This document shows, in pieces, positions 31,815-41,562 of a stretch of DNA of 64,000 nt. The stretch covers positions 192,001-256,000 of the forward strand of contig CAVYTA010000005.1 in assembly GCA_963771355.1 (NCBI GenBank), read 5' to 3'. A program made the translations under genes and the position numbers. Source of the stretch: an uncultured Candidatus Rokubacteria bacterium (GTDB lineage: Bacteria; Methylomirabilota; Methylomirabilia; Rokubacteriales; CSP1-6). The first letter of the stretch is position 1, and each line of letters begins with the position of its first letter. Under the pieces are notes generated by a model, which did not search any database, was not told where the DNA came from, and saw only the letters and a list, made by a program, of their open reading frames with translations.

Positions 31815-32600
31815 CTAGCGAGGGGCCACGGCGTCGCGGGCGAAGGCGGCCACCGCATCCAGGAGGTCGGGGAAGGCCAGAGCGTCATTGTGATGGGCTC
31901 CGATGATCCGATGAAAGCGCTTGGGGCCGGTGGCGGCGGCGAACAGCTCCTCCCCCAGCTCGAAGGGCACGATCTCGTCCCGGTCGCCGTGGGCCACGAG
32001 GAGCGGCATGGCCAGGCGGCTGACGCGGGCCCGCGAGTCGAAGCGGTTCCCGGCGAGCAGGCCCAGGGGACCGTAGTGCCGGCGCGCGACGTCGGCGAGC
32101 CGGGTGAACGTCGAGACCACCGCGACTCCGGCACAGGGCCGGCGCTCCGCAAGCGCGATCGACACCGCTCCGCCGAGGGATTCGCCGAAGCAGACGATAC
32201 GTGCCGGCGCGGTCCCTCGGCCGATCTCGTGGTCGAAGGCGGCGACGGCGTCCAGATAGACCCCGGCCTCACTCGGAGCCCCCGTGCTGCGCCCGTATCC
32301 GCGGTAGTCGTACGCGAGGACGCGGAGCCCTCGGCGGGCGAGGGCCAGGAGGACGTCCGCGCGCCCGCCGATATTGCCGGCATTGCCGTGTGACCAGAGC
32401 AGGGTCGCCCCCGGGGCCGGTCCCCCTGCGTACCAGGCGTGGATGCGCTGCCCGTCCTCCGTCGTGATCCAGCGCTCCTCGACACCGGCGGGCGGCGGCC
32501 CGATGCTCCGATCGGGGAAGAACGTGTAGGCGTCGATCATGGAGCACCCAGACAAGCACACTGCCGCCGCCAGGACCAGGCCGGCAGCCCGGCGATTCAT
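31815..32600 (-). CDS. Alpha/beta hydrolase lipoprotein
   Basis: LSGC lipobox, HGNAGN, DYRGYG, GESLG nucleophile elbow, HGDRD, HHND. Confidence 0.88.
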   Translation of the reverse strand: MNRRAAGLVLAAAVCLSGCSMIDAYTFFPDRSIGPPPAGVEERWITTEDGQRIHAWYAGGPAPGATLLWSHGNAGNIGGRADVLLALARRGLRVLAYDYRGYGRSTGAPSEAGVYLDAVAAFDHEIGRGTAPARIVCFGESLGGAVSIALAERRPCAGVAVVSTFTRLADVARRHYGPLGLLAGNRFDSRARVSRLAMPLLVAHGDRDEIVPFELGEELFAAATGPKRFHRIIGAHHNDALAFPDLLDAVAAFARDAVAPR

Positions 32601-33492
32601 GCGCGCCGGCGTCCCAGCCCGGCGAGACCTTGCGGCAGCGGCAGCACCACGACGATGAGCGTGAGCCCCAGCCCCAGCATGTAGAGATAGCGGAACTTCA
32701 CGAGCAGGATCTCGCCGGCCAGGCCGAGGAAGGCGGCGCCCAGCACCGGGCCCCAGAGGGTTCCCGCGCCGCCGACCAGCGCCATGATCACGGTCTGGAA
32801 GGACACCAGCGGGCTGAACACCTGCGGATCGAGGTAGGTCCAGCGGGGCGCCATGGCGGCCCCGACCGCGCCCAGGAACGACGCGCTCAGAGCAAACGTC
32901 ACGATCTTCACCCGGACCGTGTCGATCCCGAGCGTCTCCGCGCGCTCCTCGTCGGCGCCGATGCCCACCAGGGCCAGCCCCCAGCGCGAGCGCCGAAGCA
33001 GGGCGGCGGTGACGACGGCGGCGCGGCGATGGCGAGGACGGTGTAGTAGAGCGCGAGGGGCCGGGCGGAGCCAGGATGAGGCGCCCGACGGTGCCGGTGA
33101 CGCTCGTCTCGTACCAGATGAGCGAGTGCTTGACCAGCTCGGCGAGGCCGAAGGTGAACACGCGAAGTAGGGGCCGCGCAGGCGAAGAGCGAGGAGCCCC
33201 ACCGCGAGCGCCAGCCGGCCGCCACCGCCGCGCCCGCCAGCACCGGGATGGGCCAGGCAGCGCGCGCGACGGTGAGCGCGCTGGCATAGGCGCCGAGGCC
33301 GAAGAAGGCGCCGGTGGCGAGCGAGAGGTAGCGCGAGGGCCCCGAGAACATCGCCCAGCCGACGGCGAGCGCCACGTCGGCAGGATGGCGAGCGTGAGCG
33401 ACGCGGTGATAGCTGGACAGCCCGGCGGGGGCGGCGAGCAGGGCGGCCGCGAGGGCCATCAGGCCGAGGGCGGGCGCGAGCCTAGCGACCAA
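32597..33492 (-). pseudogene. livM: Branched-chain amino-acid ABC permease (LivM-like), several frameshifts
   Basis: LivM segments spread over several frames (YLSLATGAFFGLGAY / LRLRGPYF / FTFGLAELVKH / GGAGTLWGPVLGA). Confidence 0.75.
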
Positions 33493-34342
33493 AGAGACCG
33501 GGGGCGGAGGACAGGATGAGGGACAGCACCCCGTAGGACGCGATGACGGAGGAGGGCGCGTACACGGCGGCGGTCTCGACCAGCCCGAGGAGGAGGGCGC
33601 CCGCGAGGCTCCCCAGGACATTGCCGAGCCCGCCCAGGATCACCACCACGAGCGCGGTGACGGTGTAGGGCAGCCCCATGAAAGGCGTGAGCTCGAAGAG
33701 CATGCTGACGAGCGAGCCGGTGGCCGCCGACATCGCGATGCCGGCGCCGAAGCACCGGCCGTGCAGGCGGGCGACGTCGATCCCTACCAGGCGGGCGCCG
33801 TCCGGTTCCTGCATGAGGGCCCGCACCGCCTTGCCGGCGAGGCTCCGCCGGAGATAGACGTAGAAGGCCAGCGAAAGGAAAAGGGCCACGCCCGCCGCCA
33901 CCATCCGGTTGGCCGGGAACACGGTGCCGAAGAGACGCACGGGCGTGGCGAGGTAGCTAAAGCCCTGGAGATCCGCGCTCCAGATCAGCAGGGCGCCGTT
34001 CTGCAGCACGAAGAGAAGGCCGAAGGACAGCAGGAGCGAGCGAGCCTCGAGCCCGCCCGCCTCACCGGCGGCGAGGACGCGCGCGTAGAGGAGCCGGTGA
34101 AGCGCGACACCCACCGCGAAGGCCGCGGGCGTGGTGACGAGCAGGGTGAGCAGCGGGGGCATCCCCCACCCCGTGTGCAGGGTGAAGGTGAGGTAGGCCC
34201 CGAGCATGAGGAACTCGCCGTGGGCCACGTTGAGCACCCGCATGAGCCCGTACTGGAGGTTCAGTCCCAGCGCGACGAGCGCGTAGATGCCGCCCGTGGT
34301 GAGCCCGCCGATGACGATGTCGGCGAGAAGCGTTCCCGTCAC
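33482..34342 (-). CDS. livH: Branched-chain amino-acid ABC permease (LivH-like); C-terminus possibly degraded
   Basis: GGIYALVALGLNLQYG, NVAHGEFLMLGAY, ILGGLGNVLGS. Confidence 0.8.
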   Translation of the reverse strand: MTGTLLADIVIGGLTTGGIYALVALGLNLQYGLMRVLNVAHGEFLMLGAYLTFTLHTGWGMPPLLTLLVTTPAAFAVGVALHRLLYARVLAAGEAGGLEARSLLLSFGLLFVLQNGALLIWSADLQGFSYLATPVRLFGTVFPANRMVAAGVALFLSLAFYVYLRRSLAGKAVRALMQEPDGARLVGIDVARLHGRCFGAGIAMSAATGSLVSMLFELTPFMGLPYTVTALVVVILGGLGNVLGSLAGALLLGLVETAAVYAPSSVIASYGVLSLILSSAPGLFGR

Positions 34343-34379
34343 GGGCGCACGCTGGCCGGCGCGCCGGGCCCCCGACGGC

Positions 34380-35591
34380 TCACGCCCAGGCGGGCTTGGG
34401 CACCACCGGGATGCCCGTCGCCACGCTCTTGGGCCAGACGAGCTCGAACTCGCCTTTCTGCCACTGGCCGACCATGCCGGGCGTACTCACGTTCTCGCCC
34501 TTCACGAACTTGATGGGGCCGGCCACGGTCTGGAACTCGGTGGCGTCGAGCATGGCCTTGATCTTCGGCCGATCCAGCCCCACCTCGCCCACGCAGCGCT
34601 CCAGGATCTGCAGCGAGGCGTAGGCGAAGGCGCTCGCCCACCGGTCCGGCTCCTTCGTGTGCTTCTTGACGTGGGCGTCGTAGTACTCGCGCGCCCCCGG
34701 GAACTTCACCTTCGGGTTCCAGCCCGCGATGCCCGTCACGCCCTCGGCGCCCTTGAAGCGGTCGCGATAGAAGGGAAAGGCCGTGCCCACCGCGGTGATG
34801 AAGACGGCGGGGTTCCAGTCCACCTCCTTGGCCTGACCGGTGACGAGGATATTGTCCGGAGGATAGGTGAGCCCGATGAAGCAGTCGGCGCCGGCGGCCT
34901 TGAAGCCCTTGAGGACCGGCGAGAGGTCCTTCACGCCGAGCGGGTAGCTCTTGGTGTCCACGATCTCGATCCCCGCCTCCTTGAGCGCCGGCGCGGTGGC
35001 GGTGTTCAGCTCGATGCCGAACAGGTCATTGACGTAGGCGACGGCGACCTTGCTGATCTTGCCCTGGGCCTTGAGGTCCTTGAGATAGGCGCCGAAGGCC
35101 TTCATCTGCGGCTCCGGCTGCACGAGCATGGTGTAGAAGTTCGGGATCGCCAGCTCCTTGAACTTGGCCGAGATCGCGGTGGGCCCGATCATGAGGATAG
35201 CCGAACTTGCTCGCCACCGGGGCGATGGCGAAGTTCATGGCCGATCCCCAGGGCGGCAGCATCAGGTCCACCTTGTCGTCGGCGGCGAGCTTCTCGTAGA
35301 AGCGGACCGCGGTCTCGATCTCGCTGCGGTCGTCGATGGTCGAGGAATTCGATCGGCCGCGAGGCCCTCGCCCTTGACCGCGAGCCCCCCGCGCACGTTC
35401 ACCTGCTCCTGCCAGAGGGTGTAGTTCGGAGCCTGGGTGATCCCAGCTCCCACCGCGTACGGGCCGGTGGCCGAGAGCGTGTAGCCGATCCGCACCGCCT
35501 TGGCCTGGGCGCGCGCGCGGCCATGCCACATCGGCACCGTCGCCGCGCCTGCCGCTGCTGTCTTGAGGAACTCGCGCCTGTGCATGGTCAT
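34380..35591 (-). pseudogene. LivJ/K-like Tat-exported substrate-binding protein, two frameshifts (~35345, ~35195)
   Basis: HRREFLK...SATGPYAVGA in one frame, DDRSEIET...PPWGS in a second, IGPTAIS...VVPKPAW in a third. Confidence 0.78.
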
Positions 35592-35623
35592 GTGGGTTCT
35601 CCCCCTTGGAGTCGGATGTCGGG

Positions 35624-36351
35624 TCAGACGGGAGCCGCCGTCGGCTCCCCCAGGTACGCCTGCACCACGCGAGGGTCGCGCGCCACGGTCGCGGGCGGGC
35701 CCGCGCAGATCACCTCACCGTGATGGAGCACGATGCACCGGTCGGCGGTCGCCATCACCGCGTGCATGACGTGCTCGACCCAGAAGAGTCCGATGCCGCG
35801 CTCGTCGCGGATGCGTTGGAACAGCGCGATGGCTCCGCCCACCTCGGTGGGGGTCAGCCCCGCCAGTAACTCGTCGAGCAGGAGGAAGCGCGGGCCCAGG
35901 GCGAGCGCCATCCCCAGCTCGAGGAGCTTCCGGCCCACCGCGGTGAGCGCGCGAGCGGGCGCGGCCGCCTGCCCGGCGAGGCCGACGCAGGGCCAGGAGC
36001 GCCTCGGGCGCCTCCGCCGCACGCTCGCTGAACCGGGCCGCCGCGCGGACATTGTCCAGCGGCTGACAGATCGAGGAAGGGGCGCGGCGTCTGGAAGGTG
36101 CGCCCCACGCCCAGCCGGCTGATCCGGAAGGCGGGGAGCCCCACCAGCTCGCGCGCGCCCAGACGCAGGCTTCCCGCCGACGGCCGGACGAGGCCGCTGA
36201 TCACGTTGAAGAGGGTGGTCTTGCCCGCGCCATTGGGCCCGATGAGGGCGACGATCTCCCCCTCGGCGACGCTGAAGCCCACCTCGTGGAGGACGCGGAG
36301 CCCGCCGAAGCTCTTCCCGATGCGCGCGCCGGCGAGGCTCTCCCGCGCCAT
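35624..36351 (-). pseudogene. livG: ABC ATP-binding protein (LivG-like), frameshifted
   Basis: GPNGAGKTT Walker A and RTFQ in one frame; LLLDELLAGL, VEHVM, VQAYLG in another. Confidence 0.8.
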
Positions 36352-36781
36352 CAGCCGGTCGAGGTGCCCCGGAGCCAGTCGATCACGTCCGCCGCCCCCG
36401 TGACCGAGCCGAAGTAGGTCTCCACGTTGAAGATCGTCGCCGCCTGCTGCCCCTCGGGGCCGGCCGCCATGGTGGCATCGGCGCCGAGAATGGGCCAGTA
36501 CTCGTGGAAGAACGCGTCGCGGAGGGTCGACTCCACGCAGACATTGGTGGCCACGCCGGTGAAGACCAGGTGGGTGATGCCGGCTTGAGGCCGCGCCGCC
36601 GCGCGTCGGTGATGATGCGGTGCACGGTGTCCACCACCGCGCGGGCCCCCGTGATGTCGAGCCCCGCGAGGTCGAAGAGCCCGCCCCGCTCCACGAAGGC
36701 GTTCCGCATGTCCACCACGGCGAGCGCGGCGCGCGCCGGATCGAGCGCGAGCGGGTGGGGACGGGCCGCCAAGGTGCCCAT
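36351..36781 (-). pseudogene. rutB: RutB-like cysteine hydrolase with a large internal deletion and frameshift
   Basis: TLAARP...[18 protein letters not shown]-terminus joined out of frame at ~36585 to [23 protein letters not shown]-terminus; central part absent. Confidence 0.78.
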
Positions 36782-36797
36782 GGGCGCGAGCGGGAGG

Positions 36798-37865
36798 CTA
36801 CGACGCGCCGAGGGCCTTCTCGACGAACATCTTGGCGTCGAACTCGTCGGCCACCTTGGCGTCGTTCTCGAGGATGGCGAGGGCGTCCACCTGGGCAAAC
36901 TCCATCACGCCCATGTCCTCGTAGGCCTTGCGCACCCGCGGGCCCCAGAGGCCGATGTCCTTGACGGTGGGGACGATTCTCGAGAAGAGCCGCGTGCGGA
37001 ACATCTTCATGTACTCGGACTTCTCGACCGCCTCCACGCATTCCTTCACCGGCAGCCCGAGGTTCTCCCACACCTCGCCCTGGTTGAACCGGTCGCGCAT
37101 GTGGTAGCAGGCCTCCACCACGAACTCCTCGCGCTCGTCCCGCTCGGCGTCGGTGAGCTCCGGGTAGTACTCGCGGAGCGCCAGGCGGCCGAAGGCGACG
37201 TGGCGCGCCTCGTCCTGCATGACGTAGGCGTTGACGCCGGCGGCGAGCGTGTTCGACGAGGTGTCGCGGATGCGCTGGAAGGCGGCGAGCGCCAGGCCCT
37301 CGATCAGGACCTGCATCCCGAGATAGGTCATGTCCCAGCGCTTGTCGGTGATGGTGCTCTCCAGGAGGAGCGCGAGGGTACGGGTGATGGGATAGGCGAG
37401 CTTGACCTTCTCGTGCAGCAGCCGCGCGTAGGCCTCGACGTGGCGGGCCTCGTCCATCACCTGGGTGGCCGCGTAGAACTTCGCCTGGATGCTGGGGACG
37501 GTCTGGACGATCTTGGCCGTCGCGATCAGCGCGCCCTGCTCACCGTGCATGAACTGCGAAAGGGTGTGGGCCTGGAGGTTGCGCCGTACGTGGGCCCGCT
37601 CCTTGGCGTCGAGCCGGTTCCAGAGGTCGGTGCCGTAGATCGCGATGGTGCGGTCGTCGAGCCCCATGGGATTGTCCGGATCCACCGGCAGCGACCAATC
37701 GAGCCGCTCGGCGGCGTCCCACTGCTGCTTCTTGCCCTTCCCGTAGAGCTTCAGCAGATCCGCGCTGCCGTCCTCGTATTCCCAGGTGAAGGCGGTGGTG
37801 GTCTGGCCCTCGACCTTCCACTGCGTCTGCTCGACGGGCAGGCGGTACAGGAACTGGCTCGACAT
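36798..37865 (-). CDS. Ferritin-like diiron oxygenase (AurF-like family)
   Basis: HGEQGA, two DEARH motifs, IEGLALAAF. Confidence 0.85.
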   Translation of the reverse strand: MSSQFLYRLPVEQTQWKVEGQTTTAFTWEYEDGSADLLKLYGKGKKQQWDAAERLDWSLPVDPDNPMGLDDRTIAIYGTDLWNRLDAKERAHVRRNLQAHTLSQFMHGEQGALIATAKIVQTVPSIQAKFYAATQVMDEARHVEAYARLLHEKVKLAYPITRTLALLLESTITDKRWDMTYLGMQVLIEGLALAAFQRIRDTSSNTLAAGVNAYVMQDEARHVAFGRLALREYYPELTDAERDEREEFVVEACYHMRDRFNQGEVWENLGLPVKECVEAVEKSEYMKMFRTRLFSRIVPTVKDIGLWGPRVRKAYEDMGVMEFAQVDALAILENDAKVADEFDAKMFVEKALGAS

Positions 37866-37965
37866 CGGGTGTGACCTCCAATCCAGGTTTCGCACCGAGG
37901 CCCGCGGGCCTTCGCCCCGGCCAATTGTCGGAAAATCATATCATTCGCGTTCGCCGGGCACCAGA

Positions 37966-37991
37966 CGCCAGGCGGCCATTGCCAGGGCGCC
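37966..37991 (+). repeat. 26-bp direct repeat, left border of islet
   Basis: CGCCAGGCGGCCATTGCCAGGGCGCC, identical to 41563-41588. Confidence 0.9.
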
Positions 37992-38219
37992 CCAGGAAGG
38001 AAATACTGCCGACGTTAGCTTACCCCGCTTCCGGGATCGGTCCACGTCTTGGCTTCATGAATCAGAAGGACGGCACTTCCTTTCAGCCGGTCCCATGAGA
38101 GCGGAACAACATACCCCGTTACCCAGTCGTTAGTCCCTAACCTCGGTAGTCCCGAAAGCTCGCATCATAACAGGAGCAACTATTGCCCGCCAATGCTGGG
38201 CCCGTCTCGTCCTGACGCG

Positions 38220-38235
38220 AGGCACGGCATATGCA
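38220..38235 (+). promoter_or_regulatory. Sigma54 (-24/-12) promoter-like site upstream of csbD
   Basis: AGGCACG-GCAT-ATGCA vs consensus TGGCACG-N4-TTGCW, correct GG-N10-GC spacing. Confidence 0.55.
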
Positions 38236-38281
38236 GTCCCCCTGAAGAAGCGGATGCCTAACAGACAGTGGAGGACAATTT

Positions 38282-38728
38282 ATGAACGCGGATGTCTTTG
38301 CAGGCCAGTGGAAGCACATGCGCGGTGACGTGAAATCGTGGTGGGGGAAACTCTCCGACTACGACGTAGACAGAATCGAGGGTCAAAAGGACAAGCTGAT
38401 CGGCTTAGTGCAAGAGAAATACGGATATGCTCGCGCTCAGGCCGAGCAAGAGGTCGAGCGGCGATTCAAGGAGTGGAATGACAAAACGGGCGGGACGTTC
38501 GCCAAAATGACGGCCACCGCTCAGGAGCTCGGGGCGAGTGCCGCCACCAGAGCGAACGAAACGGCCACAGTCGTCGGGGAGAAGATCGCGTCGGCTGGCT
38601 CGTACTTGCGGGACAAGAAATTTGCCGACCTGGCACCCGGCGTTACTTCGTTGATCCGCACCTACCCGGTCCAATCTTTACTCATTGGTATCGGCTTTGG
38701 CTATTTGCTTGGCCGGCGCTCGTGGTAA
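38282..38728 (+). CDS. csbD: CsbD-family stress protein with C-terminal ElaB/DUF883-like membrane tail
   Basis: AGQWKHMRGDVKSWWGKLSDYDVDRIEGQKDKLIGLVQEKYG; tail IRTYPVQSLLIGIGFGYLL; GGAGG SD. Confidence 0.85.
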   Translation: MNADVFAGQWKHMRGDVKSWWGKLSDYDVDRIEGQKDKLIGLVQEKYGYARAQAEQEVERRFKEWNDKTGGTFAKMTATAQELGASAATRANETATVVGEKIASAGSYLRDKKFADLAPGVTSLIRTYPVQSLLIGIGFGYLLGRRSW

Positions 38729-38899
38729 GGGCGACGCCTGCGATGAAGCGCCCCGGTCGATCTCTCCCTGGTCGCGAGGCTCTGCCAACTCCATGTGCCG
38801 CGTCGGCGGAGCTTTTTCACGGCGTCATTCGCGCCGGTATTCTTGGAGGACCATTTACGGCCCCGTCGCATCCGCTCACGTTTTCCAGGCCGTCGTACT

Positions 38900-38915
38900 T
38901 GGCAGACGCCTTGCT
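38900..38915 (+). promoter_or_regulatory. Sigma54 promoter-like site
   Basis: TGGCAGA-CGCC-TTGCT, 21 nt before the ATG at 38937. Confidence 0.6.
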
Positions 38916-38936
38916 CATCCAAGGGAAGGGAACCCA

Positions 38937-39251
38937 ATGAGGCAGCTGTTTCTTACCAGTTTGGTCGTGGAGATTAGTCTCACGGCGGCGTGCCCTCGAG
39001 GAGGAATCAGGACCGTCCGACCCCAGGAAGCCCTCCGATCGACGCCGTGCAGCGGCCAAGACCTTCAGGGACTCGTCACCGCGCTACGCGCAGCACAGGA
39101 TCGGCGACGAACGCTAGAGCAGAACCTCGCCACGCTCAACTCCGACGCCGTTCCCGTGGGTAATCGATACCGGGTAACACAGACTCACCTCAGACTCGCC
39201 AACCACAATTGCGACAGCGTAAAGACCGCCAAACCTTCAACGAATGAGTGA
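38937..39251 (+). pseudogene. Probably chimeric or degenerate ORF
   Basis: Signal-peptide-like start, then a coiled-coil segment LQGLVTALRAAQDRRRTLEQNLATL; atypical codon usage. Confidence 0.3.
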
Positions 39252-39260
39252 GGACACTTC

Positions 39261-39470
39261 ATGAACGGCGGTACCTCTGACGATAAAACGGTGGGGAAAG
39301 TCGCCACAATGACTGCCGCGGCTCAGGAGCTCGGGGCGACTTACGCCACCAAGGCGAACGAAGCGGCCACAGTCGTCGGCGAGAAGATCGGATCGCTGGC
39401 GACCTTGATCCGGGAAAACGCTCCGCACGAAGGCGGCCTTGGTTATTTGCTTGCCCGGCGCTCGAGGTGA
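39261..39470 (+). pseudogene. Internally deleted paralog of the C-terminal half of the csbD-fusion gene
   Basis: DKTVGKVATMTAAAQELGA...ANEAATVVGEKI...GLGYLLARRS matches 38480-38725 at both DNA and protein level. Confidence 0.7.
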
Positions 39471-39712
39471 ACATGGAGCGCGGATCGCCACGCCGCGTGA
39501 GGCCAGGCTTCCTGTCATTGATCGGCGGCATCGCGACTGATGCCAAAGAATTGCTGCTTCGGCGGCATCGGGAGCGTCGGGACCGGCGGCTTCACTTTGC
39601 CGGTTCGCTGAAATTTGTTGACGAGATCGGCGGCATGGACTATCCCGCATTTCACGCTCCTCCTCCGGGCCCCCGCCGGAACTCACTTTCGGGAAGTCGG
39701 GGAAACGTCGTG

Positions 39713-40429
39713 ATGCATCGTGCCGTTGCCATCCTGTTGGTGCTGATCGTCGTTGTGCCCTCGGGGTGCGCTTCCACGTCTCCGCCTCAACCCACCGCGC
39801 GTCCGTTCGAGAACCTCCGCCAGCTCGTTGTCGTCGCGTCCGGCGATACCACCTTCGCGGTGACCGAGCACAGCGCGGAGCCCGGCCGCACGTTCGACGA
39901 GATCCTGAAGTGGGGCTCATTTGGCGGCTGGTGGTGGAAGCCCGCCGCCGACCTCGCCCACCGAGGGATCAACTGGCTGCTCCAGCTCAACCGCAAGTCC
40001 GACGCCAGCGCGGGCCTCGGGGGCGTCTCGCCGCGCGAGGTGGTCGCCGCGGCCTTCGCCTCGACTCTCCTCGCGAGCGGACAGTACGACGAGATCACCA
40101 CACTCACGGCCGAGCCCAGCGGCGACGATCGCCGAAGCACGGACGCGATCGTACGGCTCGCCGTGCCGGCGTGGGGCCTGGTGCGCGTGCGCGAGGGCGA
40201 ACCCGATCTTCACTCCACGTTCGCGGACGTGCGCGCCGAACTGGTCTTGCGGGGCACGGGCGTCATCGTCTGGAAGCGTTCCGAGGACGTCACGGATTTT
40301 GAGCGTGTGCCCCTCGCCACGTTCTCCGCCGATCGTAATTTCACGCGCCAGCAGCTGATCGACGTTCTGGAACGCGGGGGCCAACGCCTCGCCAGCGAGC
40401 TGCTCTATGCGAGAAGCGCCGGCCGATGA
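39713..40429 (+). CDS. Hypothetical lipoprotein
   Basis: Hydrophobic N-terminus ending PSGC; host-like codon usage. Confidence 0.7.
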   Translation: MHRAVAILLVLIVVVPSGCASTSPPQPTARPFENLRQLVVVASGDTTFAVTEHSAEPGRTFDEILKWGSFGGWWWKPAADLAHRGINWLLQLNRKSDASAGLGGVSPREVVAAAFASTLLASGQYDEITTLTAEPSGDDRRSTDAIVRLAVPAWGLVRVREGEPDLHSTFADVRAELVLRGTGVIVWKRSEDVTDFERVPLATFSADRNFTRQQLIDVLERGGQRLASELLYARSAGR

Positions 40430-41031
40430 ACGCCGGCCGCTCGGTGGCGATTGCGGCACTCCTGTGTAGCCTGGCGCTGGCTTCGGGCGCCGGGTGCGCG
40501 CGCAATCAGAGGCTCGACGTGGGCTACCCGGAGGCCGGCGTCAACCGCGCGCTGCTGGCCTCGGTACCGCCGCAGCGCGTCGGCATCAGCCCGGTCGTCG
40601 ATCGTCGACTGGACACGAGCCGTATCGGCTCCCTGCCGAACGACGGCCGGGCCATGGTGACGCGCCGCCCCGTCAGCGACATTGTGCGCGACGCGCTCAC
40701 GGTCGAGGTCAGCCGTAACGGTCACGTGGTGCTTCCCGACGCCCAGGATGTGGTGCTCGCTGCCGAGGTCGAAGAGTTCTGGCTCGACGTGGTCGTCGGC
40801 CGCTCGCATGCGCAGTATGTCGGCAAGGTCGTACTCGCGCTCGCCGTGATCGACGGCCGCAACGGCGAAACGTTGTTCACCAGGCACTACGCCGCCACTA
40901 AACGTCGCGAGGCCGATGCCGACGCCAAGGACGTCGCCCGCGAGGTGATGGATGCCGCGCTGGCCCGCACGCTGCACGACTTCGCCACTGACCCGCAAGT
41001 GGTCGCCGCGTTCGACCGTCGCGCTCGCTGA
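40426..41031 (+). CDS. Hypothetical lipoprotein (YajG-like)
   Basis: GAGC lipobox; V.PVVDRR motif; ATGA overlap with the upstream gene. Confidence 0.7.
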   Translation: MNAGRSVAIAALLCSLALASGAGCARNQRLDVGYPEAGVNRALLASVPPQRVGISPVVDRRLDTSRIGSLPNDGRAMVTRRPVSDIVRDALTVEVSRNGHVVLPDAQDVVLAAEVEEFWLDVVVGRSHAQYVGKVVLALAVIDGRNGETLFTRHYAATKRREADADAKDVAREVMDAALARTLHDFATDPQVVAAFDRRAR

Positions 41032-41225
41032 CGTGCCGAGCTCCCTCGATCCAAACGTGCGTCGCCGCGCGATGGTACGCTAGGGCTTCACCTGTTCTAG
41101 GTACGAGATCATATGGTCTAGTGTAAGTGGGGTTTCGAAGCCGTTCGAGCGGTTGCGGCCGCGAGCTTGGTTGCCTCCTGCGCGGCCGGCCGGGAGACGT
41201 CAAGTAGCGGCACAGTCGGCACAAT

Positions 41226-41470
41226 TGAGTGACATTCCTGAGTGAAGTCTGGGTAAATGAAAAGGGGCTAACCCCCTCGTCGTTCATGGCTGCGGGGGCT
41301 GGATTTGAACAGCGACCCTTGGGTTATGAGCCCTTTCCCGTTCGCGACCACAGCCCACGCCACAAACAACACGTCGTAAACTAGCGCCTCTCACGCAAGT
41401 GACTTGGGCGCTCTTTGGCTCTCGTTGGGAGCAACTTCCTGGGTAATTCCCGGGTGAAGTCTGGGTGCGA
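41226..41470. repeat. Arm-type integrase-binding-like direct repeats on both sides of the tRNA fragment
   Basis: ATTCCTGAGTGAAGTCTGGGT (41234-41254) vs ATTCCCGGGTGAAGTCTGGGT (41446-41466), 19/21 identical; triplets of YGRGTR at 11-13-bp spacing. Confidence 0.7.
41287..41333 (-). other. 3' half of tRNA-fMet (anticodon arm to CCA); att-core-like remnant, not a functional tRNA
   Basis: Minus strand GGGCTCATAACCCAAGGGTCGCTGTTCAAATCCAGCCCCCGCAGCCA: CAT anticodon arm, T-loop, CCA end; 5' acceptor strand and D-arm absent. Confidence 0.88.
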
Positions 41471-41562
41471 CGATGCGCGCTTGATGGCGACCGTGACAGC
41501 GCTGCTCCGTCTGGTTCCGTAAGCCTCCTACCGAACCTTGGTTCTCGAAGGCTTTTCGTTGC

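Noticed and set aside
41287..41333. Intact tRNA-Met gene
   Set aside because: Only the 3' half is present; the upstream sequence cannot form the D-arm or acceptor stem, so it is treated as an att remnant
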